From Cyanobium sp. (lineage in GTDB: Bacteria > Cyanobacteriota > Cyanobacteriia > PCC-6307 > Cyanobiaceae), in contig JBIKTO010000001.1 in the NCBI GenBank assembly GCA_044348065.1, positions 1 through 35,480 on the forward strand: DNA of 35,480 nucleotides. Direction: 5' to 3'. Shown here piece after piece: positions 25,997 to 34,389 of this stretch (positions are counted from its first letter, which is position 1; every line of letters starts with the position of its first letter). Under the pieces are notes generated by a model. It did no database searches, was not told the DNA's origin, and saw only the letters and a program-made list of their open reading frames with translations. Both the position numbers and the translations under genes were made by a program.

Positions 25997-26770
25997 CCCG
26001 CCGCGACCTGCCAGCCACGCATTGAGGTGGTGGTGCCGACCCTGAACTCCGAAGCGATCCTGCCCCGACTGGTGCGCTCCCTGCAGCAGCAGAGCTGGCC
26101 CCACTGGCGACTGTCCTTCATCGACGGCCCCAGCTCCGCCTCACACCGGGCCAGCCTGGAGCGGCTCTGCCAGGAGGATGACCGCCTGCGCTGGAGCGGG
26201 CAGGATCCCGGACAGCCCGGCATCTTCGGCGCCATGAACCAGGGGGCGGCCGAGGCCGATCCAGAGGCCTGGCTGCTGTTCTGGGGCAGCGATGACTGGG
26301 CGGCCGCTCCGACGGTGCTGGAAACCCTGGCGGCGCGGCTGACCGAGCTCTGCGACCAGGAGCGGGAGCCCGATCTGGTGGTCTGCCGCGGTCGTTATGA
26401 GAACGGGCGCCCGAGCGTCTTCCGTTGGCGGCACTCCTACCGGCGCTCCCTCTGGCTCGGCAGCACGCCTCCCCACCAGGCCACCGCCATCGGTCCTGGG
26501 GCCCGACAACGCCTGCCGAGCTATGCCGAGGGCTTCCGCCTCTCAGCCGATCTCGACCACTTCCTGAGGCTCTCGGCCTTCCCGGATCTACGGGTGGAGC
26601 GGCTGGATCTGGAACTGGTGGGGATGGGAAGCGGTGGCGTCAGCGGCCTGCAGACCCGTCGACGACTGCGGGAAGTGCGCCGGGCCTACCGACGGGCCTT
26701 TGGCGCCGCCTGGCCGCTGCCGTTCCTGCTCCGCTACGGGCAGCGTCTGCTGAGCCTGGTGCAGCAATGA
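25985..26770 (+). CDS. Glycosyltransferase family 2 (WcaE-like)
   Basis: VVVPTLNS, FIDGPS, GIFGAMNQG, FWGSDDW, PPHQA, FRLSADLD, MGSGGVS. Confidence 0.88.
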   Translation: MAEGPAATCQPRIEVVVPTLNSEAILPRLVRSLQQQSWPHWRLSFIDGPSSASHRASLERLCQEDDRLRWSGQDPGQPGIFGAMNQGAAEADPEAWLLFWGSDDWAAAPTVLETLAARLTELCDQEREPDLVVCRGRYENGRPSVFRWRHSYRRSLWLGSTPPHQATAIGPGARQRLPSYAEGFRLSADLDHFLRLSAFPDLRVERLDLELVGMGSGGVSGLQTRRRLREVRRAYRRAFGAAWPLPFLLRYGQRLLSLVQQ

Positions 26771-27699
26771 GCCGGCTGCTGCTGTTTGGAGCCGGCACCC
26801 CAAGCGGCGCGGCCCTGATGGCGGCGGCCGGAGCCGGGCCGCTGCTGGCGGTCGGCCGCCGGGAGCCCCGCTGGCCCTCAGGCCTGGCCGCAGACCGTGG
26901 CTTCCTGGCGGTGGATCTCTGCGAGCCCGCCAGCTTCAACCCCGGCGAGGGGGATCAGCGCTGGATCAGCTTCGCGCCGATCTGGCATCTGGCGCCCTTT
27001 CTGGCCACGCTGCGGCGGAGCCATGCCGATCGCCTGCGCGGGCTGCGCAGCCTGGTGGCCTGCTCCTCCTCGTCGGCCGTCACCAAGCGCTACGCGGCCA
27101 ATGGCTTCGATCGGGATCTGGTCCGCCGGCTGCGGGCTTCGGAGGAGAGCCTGCTCGAGAGCTGTGCCGGCCTGGGTGTGCCCTGCCGGATCCTGGCGCC
27201 CACCCTGATCTACGGCCAGGCGGGGGGGTACGGCGATCGCAACCTCAGCCGGCTGCTGGGATTGATGCGTCGTCTGCCCCTCCTGCCCGTGCCGGCCCGC
27301 AGCGGGCTGCGCCAGCCGATCCATGCCCGCCAGCTGGCGGCCGTGGCGCTGCAGGTGAGCAGCGAGCTGGAGCGGGAGGGTGCCGGCAACGCATGGCCTG
27401 CCGTGCTGCCCATCGGCGGCGACGAGAGTCTCAGCTATGGGTCGATGCTGGAACGACTCCGGGGGGCGACCCCGCCCGGGGACCCGGCCCGGCGCTGCCG
27501 CTTCCTGGCACTGCCTCCGAGGCTGCTGCTCTGGCTGGCGAACCCGCTGCTGCTGCTCTCCCCGAAGTCCTTCGAGGCGATGCAGCGCACCCAGGCCGAC
27601 CTGGCGGACTTCCTTCCCGCCCACCGTCTGCTGGGCGAGAGTCCCCAACCCTTCCCGGTGGCTCCCCTCGCCCTCGGCCAGTCTTTCCCTGGCGAGTGA
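26767..27699 (+). CDS. NAD-dependent epimerase/dehydratase-like (atypical SDR) protein
   Basis: ATG at 26767 (ATGA overlap); LLLFGAGTPSG (degenerate Rossmann motif), ACSSSSA, ILAPTLIYG, RQPIHARQLA, GGDESLSY. Confidence 0.78.
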   Translation: MSRLLLFGAGTPSGAALMAAAGAGPLLAVGRREPRWPSGLAADRGFLAVDLCEPASFNPGEGDQRWISFAPIWHLAPFLATLRRSHADRLRGLRSLVACSSSSAVTKRYAANGFDRDLVRRLRASEESLLESCAGLGVPCRILAPTLIYGQAGGYGDRNLSRLLGLMRRLPLLPVPARSGLRQPIHARQLAAVALQVSSELEREGAGNAWPAVLPIGGDESLSYGSMLERLRGATPPGDPARRCRFLALPPRLLLWLANPLLLLSPKSFEAMQRTQADLADFLPAHRLLGESPQPFPVAPLALGQSFPGE

Positions 27700-28706
27700 C
27701 CTTTCCCCTCCGGCCCGCCATGCCCCCGTTTCCGCCCCCCAGCCTGGCCCCGTTCGCTGCCTTCCTGCTGGCCGGGCTGCTGAGCTGGCTGCTGGTGGCG
27801 GCCCTGATGCCCTGGCTGCAGCGTGGACTGGTGGATCACCCCAACGCCCGCAGCTCCCATCAGCGCGCCACCCCGCGGGGTGGGGGCGTGGCGTTCGTGC
27901 TGGTCGGCAGCCTGCTGACGGCCTGGTTCGGCCATGGAGCGGCGGCCCAGGTGCCTCTGCTGTGCTGTCCCCTGGCGGTGGTGGGACTGCTCGACGATCG
28001 CCTGAACCTGTCAGCAGCCTGGCGCTACGGGGCCCAACTGCTGACCGCGATCGCCCTGCTGGCGGTGGCCCAGACCCCGTTGCCGCCCTGGACATGGCCG
28101 CTGGTGGTGGTGGCGATCACCGCGGTGATCAACTTCGTCAACTTCATGGATGGCCTGGATGGCCTGGTGGCGGGTTGCGGCGTGGTGCTTTTCAGCCTGC
28201 TGGCGGCCTTGCCGGGTGGAGCTCCGCTGGCACCTCTGGCGGGGGCTCTGCTGGGCTTTCTGGCCTGGAACTGGAGCCCGGCCCGGGTGTTCATGGGAGA
28301 TGTGGGCAGCACCTGGATTGGCGCGGTCTATGCCGGCCTCCTCCTGCAGCAGCCCGACTCAAGGGCATCGCTGGCGCTGCTGGTCGCCGCCCTTCCCCTG
28401 TTGGCGGATCCCCTGGTTTGCGTGCTGCGCAGGCTGGCGGCCGGCCAACCGGTGTTCCAGGCGCACCGGTTGCATCTCTATCAGCGGCTGCACCAGGCCG
28501 GCTGGAGCCATCGGCGCGTGGCGATCCTTTACACCCTGGCCAGCGCCGCTCTGGCCCTGGCTCTGCTGCTGCTGGGGCCGGTCGGGCTTCTGACCCTGGC
28601 AGCACTGGAACTGAGCCTGGCGGCAGGCCTGGAAAAAGGTCAGGCCCTGGGGTTTGGCGAGGCGATCGCATCAGCGGCCCGCCAGCCAGGAATCACTGTA
28701 GAGTAA
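27696..28706 (+). CDS. Polyprenyl-phosphate N-acetylhexosamine-1-phosphate transferase (WbpL/WbcO/WecA, MraY superfamily); start GTG 27696 or ATG 27720
   Basis: DHPNARSSHQRATPRGGG, GLLDDR, NFVNFMDGLDGL, VFMGDVGS, AHRLHLYQRL; many TM segments. Confidence 0.93.
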   Translation: MTFPLRPAMPPFPPPSLAPFAAFLLAGLLSWLLVAALMPWLQRGLVDHPNARSSHQRATPRGGGVAFVLVGSLLTAWFGHGAAAQVPLLCCPLAVVGLLDDRLNLSAAWRYGAQLLTAIALLAVAQTPLPPWTWPLVVVAITAVINFVNFMDGLDGLVAGCGVVLFSLLAALPGGAPLAPLAGALLGFLAWNWSPARVFMGDVGSTWIGAVYAGLLLQQPDSRASLALLVAALPLLADPLVCVLRRLAAGQPVFQAHRLHLYQRLHQAGWSHRRVAILYTLASAALALALLLLGPVGLLTLAALELSLAAGLEKGQALGFGEAIASAARQPGITVE

Positions 28707-29250
28707 AGGATATCCACGTTAGGATTGGGTTCAGTGAGCAATTGCCTGCTGCCCGATCTCTGCCGCGTGCTGATCCCCAATTCCAGAACCGCCAGCACCC
28801 CAATCCAGATCGCCTCCCGGCAGGGCCACCATGACGGGCCGCCTCACGCCAGCCTTCCAGACAACCATCAGCGAGTCCCCAGCCCCTTCTTCGTTCGCCC
28901 CGACTCGATCACTTCATCTCTGCCTGGACGATGGTGACGCAACCGATCCGCAAACAACCCCGCTGGTCGCGCCCCGCCGTTGCTGGCCCCCTGACACCGG
29001 CAGACTCAACCGAGATTGTCTCCGACAAATCGATCCCGATCGCCGTGCGGGAGCACAGCTACGCGCAACAAAGAAGCGATCACATGCTGGCCAGGACCCA
29101 TCGATTCGGCCCCTTAAGCCTGGCTCACGTTGTCGGCTGTTTCGACTTGCTTGAGCAACATTTTGCTGTTGGGGAACAAAATCACCGGGCCACCTGCTTG
29201 GCAGGCCATCAGTCCTTCTTCGCCATCCGCCTCCGGAAGCAGGACGCCTG

Positions 29251-31218
29251 ATGCAGCAGCTCACTGTGCTCCGCTCCGTTCAGCGTCAGGTCCTGCTGCG
29301 GCGCATGACGATGCTCGCTTTTGATGGCCTGTTGATCGTTGTCTGCTTCCTGGGCGCCTTTTTCCTCAGGCTTCAGGACACCGAAACCTTGATCAGTGCC
29401 CTCCAGAAATCCAGGCACCTGCTGCCCCTGGCTGTCTGCACGGGTCTGCCCGTGCTCTTTTTCAGCGGCTGGTACCGGGGACTGACCCGCTTTGCGGGCA
29501 GTCATTCGCTCTACGGACTGATCCCCCGTACCGCCGGGATGGTGATGATTCTGCTGCTGATCAGCACCATGATCGGTGGGGCTCAACCGCCACGATCATT
29601 CTGGATCCTTTACTGGCTGCTCTTCACCGGCAGCGCGATCGCCAGCCGCATCGTCTTGCGTGATCTGTTGATTCGCCAACTGGAGCGACGCCATATCCAG
29701 CCCGGCCACCCTGACTCGGCCATCCCCACGTTGATCTATGGAGCAGGCTCTTCCGGTCTGGGCCTGCTACTGGCCCTGCGTCATGATCCCCGCTTCCGAA
29801 TTGTGGCGTTTCTTGATGACGACACCCTCCTGCACGGACGGACCCTGCAACGACTGAGCATCGAAAACCCAAGCCAACTGACGACCCTGATCCAACGTCA
29901 CGGCATCCGCCAGGTGCTGCTCGCCCTGCCCTCCATCTCACGCAAGCGCAAGCGGCTGCTTGTCGATCAACTGACCCACCAGGGGCTGACGGTGTTGTCG
30001 ATTCCATCCCTGGCCCAACTGGCCAGTGGCCAGCGCATTGTCACCGACCTCCAGGCCGTCTCGATCGAAGATCTGCTGGGTCGTGAGCCCTCGAACCCGG
30101 AACCCGAGCTGCTGGGAGCCTGCGTGAGTGGCAAAGCGGTGCTGGTGACCGGGGCTGGCGGCTCCATCGGCAGCGAACTATGCCGCCAGATCATGGAGCT
30201 GGGGGCCAGCAAATTGTTGATGCTGGAGCGCAATGAATATGCCCTCTACACCATCAACCATGAGTTGCGATCCCGGCGCGGCCAACATTCGCCAGCCACA
30301 GATCTGATTCCCATTCTCGGTGATGCCGCTCAGGCCAGCAGAATCACCCAGCTCTGTCGCGAGCACAAGGTGGCCACCATTTTCCATGCTGCGGCCTACA
30401 AGCATGTTCCCATGGTGGAAGCCAATCTCTGCGCCGGAGTAGCCAACAACGTTCAATCGACTCGAGCTGTGATTCAAGCTGCTCGCCTGGCCGACATCCA
30501 ACACCTCACCCTGATCTCCACCGACAAAGCTGTGCGACCCACCAATGCCATGGGGGCCAGCAAACGGGTCTGCGAATTGCTGATCCAGGCCGCCGCCTGC
30601 GAGATAGCAGCCCAGGGCAGCGGACCCGTCCTGGCCATGGTTCGATTCGGGAATGTTCTCGGCTCCTCCGGCTCGGTGATACCGCTGTTCCATCGCCAGA
30701 TCGCAGCCGGTGGTCCTGTGACGGTGACCCATCCCGCCATCACCCGCTATTTCATGACCATTCCTGAGGCTGTGCAGCTTGTGCTTCAGGCCAGTGGGAT
30801 GGCAAAGGGTGGCGAACTTTTCCTGCTCGACATGGGCGATCCTGTACGCATCGCCGACCTGGCCCGGCAGATGATCGAGCTTTCAGGCCTGCGGGTGCGT
30901 GATGAGCACAATCCCGATGGCGATATCGCGATCCAGTACACCGGTCTGCGGCCGGGTGAGAAGCTATACGAAGAGTTGCTCATCAACAGTGATGATCACC
31001 CCACCCAACACCCGCTGATCCGGCGTGCCAGCGAGCCCATGCACCCCAGCCAGGATCTCCAGAGTCTGGTGGAGGCCCTCTCTCAGGCCTCCGCCCGCTG
31101 GGATGACGCCGCCACGTCGGCGCTGCTGAGGCGCCTCGTGCCCGAATACCGACCCGAACGCCTCCCCAACCGGCAAACTGGCCTTCAGCCGAGCCTGCCC
31201 GACCCGGCCTTGCGATGA
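29251..31218 (+). CDS. Membrane-bound UDP-GlcNAc 4,6-dehydratase (CapD/WbpM/PglF family)
   Basis: Four N-terminal TM segments; IYGAG, IEDLLGR, VTGAGGSIGSEL, HAAAYKHVP, ISTDKAV, MGASKR, VRFGNVLGSSGSV, TRYFMTIPEA, GLRPGEKLYEEL. Confidence 0.96.
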   Translation: MQQLTVLRSVQRQVLLRRMTMLAFDGLLIVVCFLGAFFLRLQDTETLISALQKSRHLLPLAVCTGLPVLFFSGWYRGLTRFAGSHSLYGLIPRTAGMVMILLLISTMIGGAQPPRSFWILYWLLFTGSAIASRIVLRDLLIRQLERRHIQPGHPDSAIPTLIYGAGSSGLGLLLALRHDPRFRIVAFLDDDTLLHGRTLQRLSIENPSQLTTLIQRHGIRQVLLALPSISRKRKRLLVDQLTHQGLTVLSIPSLAQLASGQRIVTDLQAVSIEDLLGREPSNPEPELLGACVSGKAVLVTGAGGSIGSELCRQIMELGASKLLMLERNEYALYTINHELRSRRGQHSPATDLIPILGDAAQASRITQLCREHKVATIFHAAAYKHVPMVEANLCAGVANNVQSTRAVIQAARLADIQHLTLISTDKAVRPTNAMGASKRVCELLIQAAACEIAAQGSGPVLAMVRFGNVLGSSGSVIPLFHRQIAAGGPVTVTHPAITRYFMTIPEAVQLVLQASGMAKGGELFLLDMGDPVRIADLARQMIELSGLRVRDEHNPDGDIAIQYTGLRPGEKLYEELLINSDDHPTQHPLIRRASEPMHPSQDLQSLVEALSQASARWDDAATSALLRRLVPEYRPERLPNRQTGLQPSLPDPALR

Positions 31219-32162
31219 CCTCCACTCCCAAACAGACGCTTCTCCGCTTTCTGGAGAGCCAGTGGCTCAAGCTTCCAGAAGGATCACGACGCTGGCTTGT
31301 TCAGCAGATCCCGCCGATCCCCCCTGCCACGCCCCGCAACCTCTGGCTGCTGCTGGCTGCGGCGCTGGCCACCCAGAACGTGGCGATCTTCACCAGCAGC
31401 CAGAATCCCCACGTCGGTGTGTTTGCACTGCTGGTCTGGGGTGGGGCGCTGATCTGCATGGAAGATCTGATTGAGACCCTGGAGCCACGTCCTGGCCGGC
31501 TGGGATTGCTGCTGGGAAGCGGGCTGATCCTCTGGGTGGTCTCGCGCACAGCAACGATCCAGTTCTGGGACGGCCTGCTCTACTTCATGGCGCCGATCGC
31601 AGGCTTAGCTCTCTTACTGATTGCTCTTCCCTTGAGGGAGATTTTTAAATTTAAGCAAACCTTGATCTGCCTGTTCATGTTGCCGGCTTTTGCCTTGATC
31701 AACCGCAGTTTACCCGAGGAGCCCTTGAGTCTCTTGACCGCCAGAATCGCTGCCTTCTGGGTCAGCATCCTGGGGGTTCCGGTGGATGTTCGCGGGCGCG
31801 ATGTGCTGCTGGTCAAAGGCGGGGTCACGGTGCTGGGCGGCTGTAACGGTCTAGACATGATTGCCCAAATCGTCTGTGTATCGCTCATTTTTCTGATGGC
31901 TTTTCCAATCCGCTCCAAGCTCAGCCGCTTGCTCTGCCTGCTGGCGGCTCCTGCAATCGGCTTAGTGTGTAACACCTTACGCATTGCACTTTTGGCCTTA
32001 ATCACCACCACGGGTCAGGGCAAAGGAGATACCTGGTTCGAATTTTTCCATACGGAAACGGGATCGCTGATTTTTTCCGGTGTCGCCGTCTTTCTGTTCG
32101 GAGTCATCTACATGTGGCTGCTTGAGCGTGAATTGCCTCCCCTGCCAGGCTCCCAGGCATGA
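31215..32162 (+). CDS. crtA: Exosortase-family protein, most like cyanoexosortase A (not the carotenoid crtA)
   Basis: Polytopic membrane protein with the ordered triad Cys210 (VLGGCNGL), Arg256 (NTLRIALL) and His279 (FEFFHTETGSLIFS). Subfamily assigned from recollection of the C-terminal H..GSLIFS motif and from neighbours. Confidence 0.82.
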   Translation: MTSTPKQTLLRFLESQWLKLPEGSRRWLVQQIPPIPPATPRNLWLLLAAALATQNVAIFTSSQNPHVGVFALLVWGGALICMEDLIETLEPRPGRLGLLLGSGLILWVVSRTATIQFWDGLLYFMAPIAGLALLLIALPLREIFKFKQTLICLFMLPAFALINRSLPEEPLSLLTARIAAFWVSILGVPVDVRGRDVLLVKGGVTVLGGCNGLDMIAQIVCVSLIFLMAFPIRSKLSRLLCLLAAPAIGLVCNTLRIALLALITTTGQGKGDTWFEFFHTETGSLIFSGVAVFLFGVIYMWLLERELPPLPGSQA

Positions 32163-32842
32163 CCGCCACGCTCCCCCCCCTCACACCCCTTGGCCGCTGG
32201 TACGGCCTGCTCGCCACCATCGCCTCGCTGGCGGCCCTGCAGGCGACGCTCTTTCCCTCCTGGCCCAAGGCAGGACCCTTGCCCGAAGCTGCCATTCTGC
32301 AGGCCTTACGCCAGGCGGGCCTCGATCCACAGCCGGTGAAGCTGCCATCCAGCAGGTCAGAAGGGATTCGCAGTCAGGAAGTCTCCGTATCCGCTCCGCT
32401 GGTGGTCCGCCTGTCCGGAGGGGAAGAATTACGGTTGGTGAGGGGCGCCTTCCGTCAGCGCTACACCCTGCAGACGGCCGGCATCGCGGCCAAGAGTCCG
32501 GATCTGGCCCTGACGCAACGCCGGCTGCTGGCTGGTCCTCCCCCCGCAAGCGAAGGGATCGTCAATAACAGACCTGCCCGCCAGACCTGTTTCGTACCCC
32601 ATTCGCCATTGCCAGCGGCCTACGGAGCGACAAGTGAACAGATCCTCCCCTTGGTCGACGCCGCCTCCGTTGGCCAGGCAGCCGAGATCCGCCGCCTGAT
32701 CGGCATTCAAGCCAACTACAACTATTCCTGCATCCTGGTCAGTCTGCGCAGTCCTGATCAGGCTCCGGTTTCCGGAAGTCTGTGGCAGAGAATCCTGGCC
32801 GCGCTTCCACCAGCGCTCAGGGAATCCAATCCCAGCCGCTAG
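32159..32842 (+). CDS. Single-TM protein, probable exosortase-associated partner
   Basis: ATGA-coupled to the exosortase; N-terminal hydrophobic anchor, two Cys (QTCFV, SCILVSL) and a C-terminal LWQRIL helix. The function call rests mainly on position. Confidence 0.6.
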   Translation: MTATLPPLTPLGRWYGLLATIASLAALQATLFPSWPKAGPLPEAAILQALRQAGLDPQPVKLPSSRSEGIRSQEVSVSAPLVVRLSGGEELRLVRGAFRQRYTLQTAGIAAKSPDLALTQRRLLAGPPPASEGIVNNRPARQTCFVPHSPLPAAYGATSEQILPLVDAASVGQAAEIRRLIGIQANYNYSCILVSLRSPDQAPVSGSLWQRILAALPPALRESNPSR

Positions 32843-32907
32843 CCAGATAACAACATGCAGATTCCTCCCTATCCTCTCTCTCAATAACACCACATCCCCC
32901 CGTCATC

Positions 32908-33804
32908 ATGTCCGAGGCCTCCCAAACTCCTTTGAGCAGCCGCAAGCCCACGAACACGGCTCGAAGTCCCAGGGGTCTCGATCACTCCGTCATTGAGCTG
33001 GGAGGCTATGGGCTGTTGGCCTACAGCCTATTCAACCTCGCCCGCTCCCTGGCCGCGAACAAACTGGGCGCAGATCCAGAAATCAGCTTGGCTGTGATGT
33101 CAAATCTGGCGTCCCTCTTTCCCTTCTTCTTGCTGGGGCCGGTGCTGGTTTTTGCACCCCAGGGCGCCATCCAAGCCAAGGGCCTTGCCAAACAGCTGAC
33201 ACGCTGGCTGGTCGTATTTTTTGCATTCCTCTTTTTCCTCTTCGCCCCACTCTCTTTGTTCCAACGGCATCTACTGATCGAGAAGGGCGCGATGCAGGCA
33301 CAGAGATTAGAAACGATTCTGCAGAGTCGCAAACAAGAGATTCTCGCCTCCGTGCAAAATGCAGGCAGTGCCAACGAAATCCAGCAGCGTCTTCGAGGTT
33401 TTCCTGAGATCAGGCAGCCCGACGCCTTCGCACCCTTACAAACCCCCTCGGTCATTCGCGCGCAGCTTGCCGTCTCCTTGGACGCGGCCATCAATCGTGA
33501 GAGAGGTCGCCTCAAAAAAGATCAGCAGCAACGCCTCACTGGAATCACAAGAATTGTGGTGAGTATTTCACTCGGCAGCCTGCTTAGCAGCGGTTTCTTC
33601 CTGCTGTTGGCCACTTGCCTTTTCCCCAGGCTCAAGCAGATTCGCCATTCGTTTCACCGCTCCAGCAAGTCCATCGGCACGGCGATCAGAACTCCGAACT
33701 CAGCGATCAGAAAACTCTATCTCGCTCAACTTTCTCGGCCACAGTTTGCGCGTGTCTTCGCCATTCTAGGCTTGCAGCGACCCCGTCCCAGCCGCCGCCG
33801 CTGA
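32908..33804 (+). CDS. HpsJ-family membrane protein
   Basis: GYGLLAYSLFNL, PFFLLGPVLVF, RWLVVFFAFLFFLFAPL, then a coiled-coil region and a fourth TM (SLGSLLSSGFFLLL), the HpsJ-type architecture; basic C-terminal tail. Confidence 0.68.
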   Translation: MSEASQTPLSSRKPTNTARSPRGLDHSVIELGGYGLLAYSLFNLARSLAANKLGADPEISLAVMSNLASLFPFFLLGPVLVFAPQGAIQAKGLAKQLTRWLVVFFAFLFFLFAPLSLFQRHLLIEKGAMQAQRLETILQSRKQEILASVQNAGSANEIQQRLRGFPEIRQPDAFAPLQTPSVIRAQLAVSLDAAINRERGRLKKDQQQRLTGITRIVVSISLGSLLSSGFFLLLATCLFPRLKQIRHSFHRSSKSIGTAIRTPNSAIRKLYLAQLSRPQFARVFAILGLQRPRPSRRR

Positions 33805-34355
33805 TGGCTTTGAACCCCCGGTTTCAAAAGCTGCTCCGCCAGGGAGGCTTCCTCGGCAGGCGCCCCCCAGTTGCGAACCAGGAGGCTCTGCCACTGCCCT
33901 ATAGCTGGATCCTCACCAACAGCCTGGCGATCGGCCCCATGCCACGCCAGGCCTGCCAATGGGAACAACTGGAAGAGGCAGGATTTCGAGCACGTTTCAG
34001 CTGCTGCTACCCGGAAGAGGAGCAGTTCAGCCCGGTTCCCGATCATTGGCAGAGCTTGTCATTGGCACTGCCAGATCATCGCAACCAGGAAGAATTAAGA
34101 CCAGAAAGATTGTTGGAAGCCTTGCATCTCGCTCGTGGGTTGCTCCATAGCGGTTCCCCTGTGTATCTTCACTGTTTTGCGGGCAGGGAACGTTCACCGC
34201 TGATCGGGGTCGGCCTGACAGCGTTGGAGCGTCAGATCGATGTGTTCGCGGCCCTGGACTGGGTGCGTCGCTGTCATCCGGCGGCGATGCCCATCTATGA
34301 GCAGCTTGATTTGCTCGACCAGCTCTTCCGCGACCATCCAGAGATGAAAGGATGA
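33804..34355 (+). CDS. Dual-specificity (Cys-based) protein phosphatase family protein
   Basis: ATG at 33804 (TGATG overlap); SWILTNSLAIGPMP, LPDH acid loop, P-loop VYLHCFAGRERS (HCxxGxxRS), ALDWVRRCHP. Confidence 0.9.
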   Translation: MALNPRFQKLLRQGGFLGRRPPVANQEALPLPYSWILTNSLAIGPMPRQACQWEQLEEAGFRARFSCCYPEEEQFSPVPDHWQSLSLALPDHRNQEELRPERLLEALHLARGLLHSGSPVYLHCFAGRERSPLIGVGLTALERQIDVFAALDWVRRCHPAAMPIYEQLDLLDQLFRDHPEMKG

Positions 34356-34389
34356 TCCCAAACGTAAGGGATTGACCACGAGGAGAGCT

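Noticed and set aside
28725-29264. Short ORFs 28725..28937, 28831..29154 and 28914..29264
   Set aside because: Mutually overlapping, no motifs or coupling; not supportable as genes.
20509-29642. About seven GCGATCGC (HIP1) octamers noticed in this span
   Set aside because: Known cyanobacterial motif, my count is not exhaustive, and enrichment cannot be judged without a background model.
34355-34372. ATCCC...GGGAT hairpin between the phosphatase and wzc
   Set aside because: Only a 5-bp stem with no U-tract; too weak to call a terminator.
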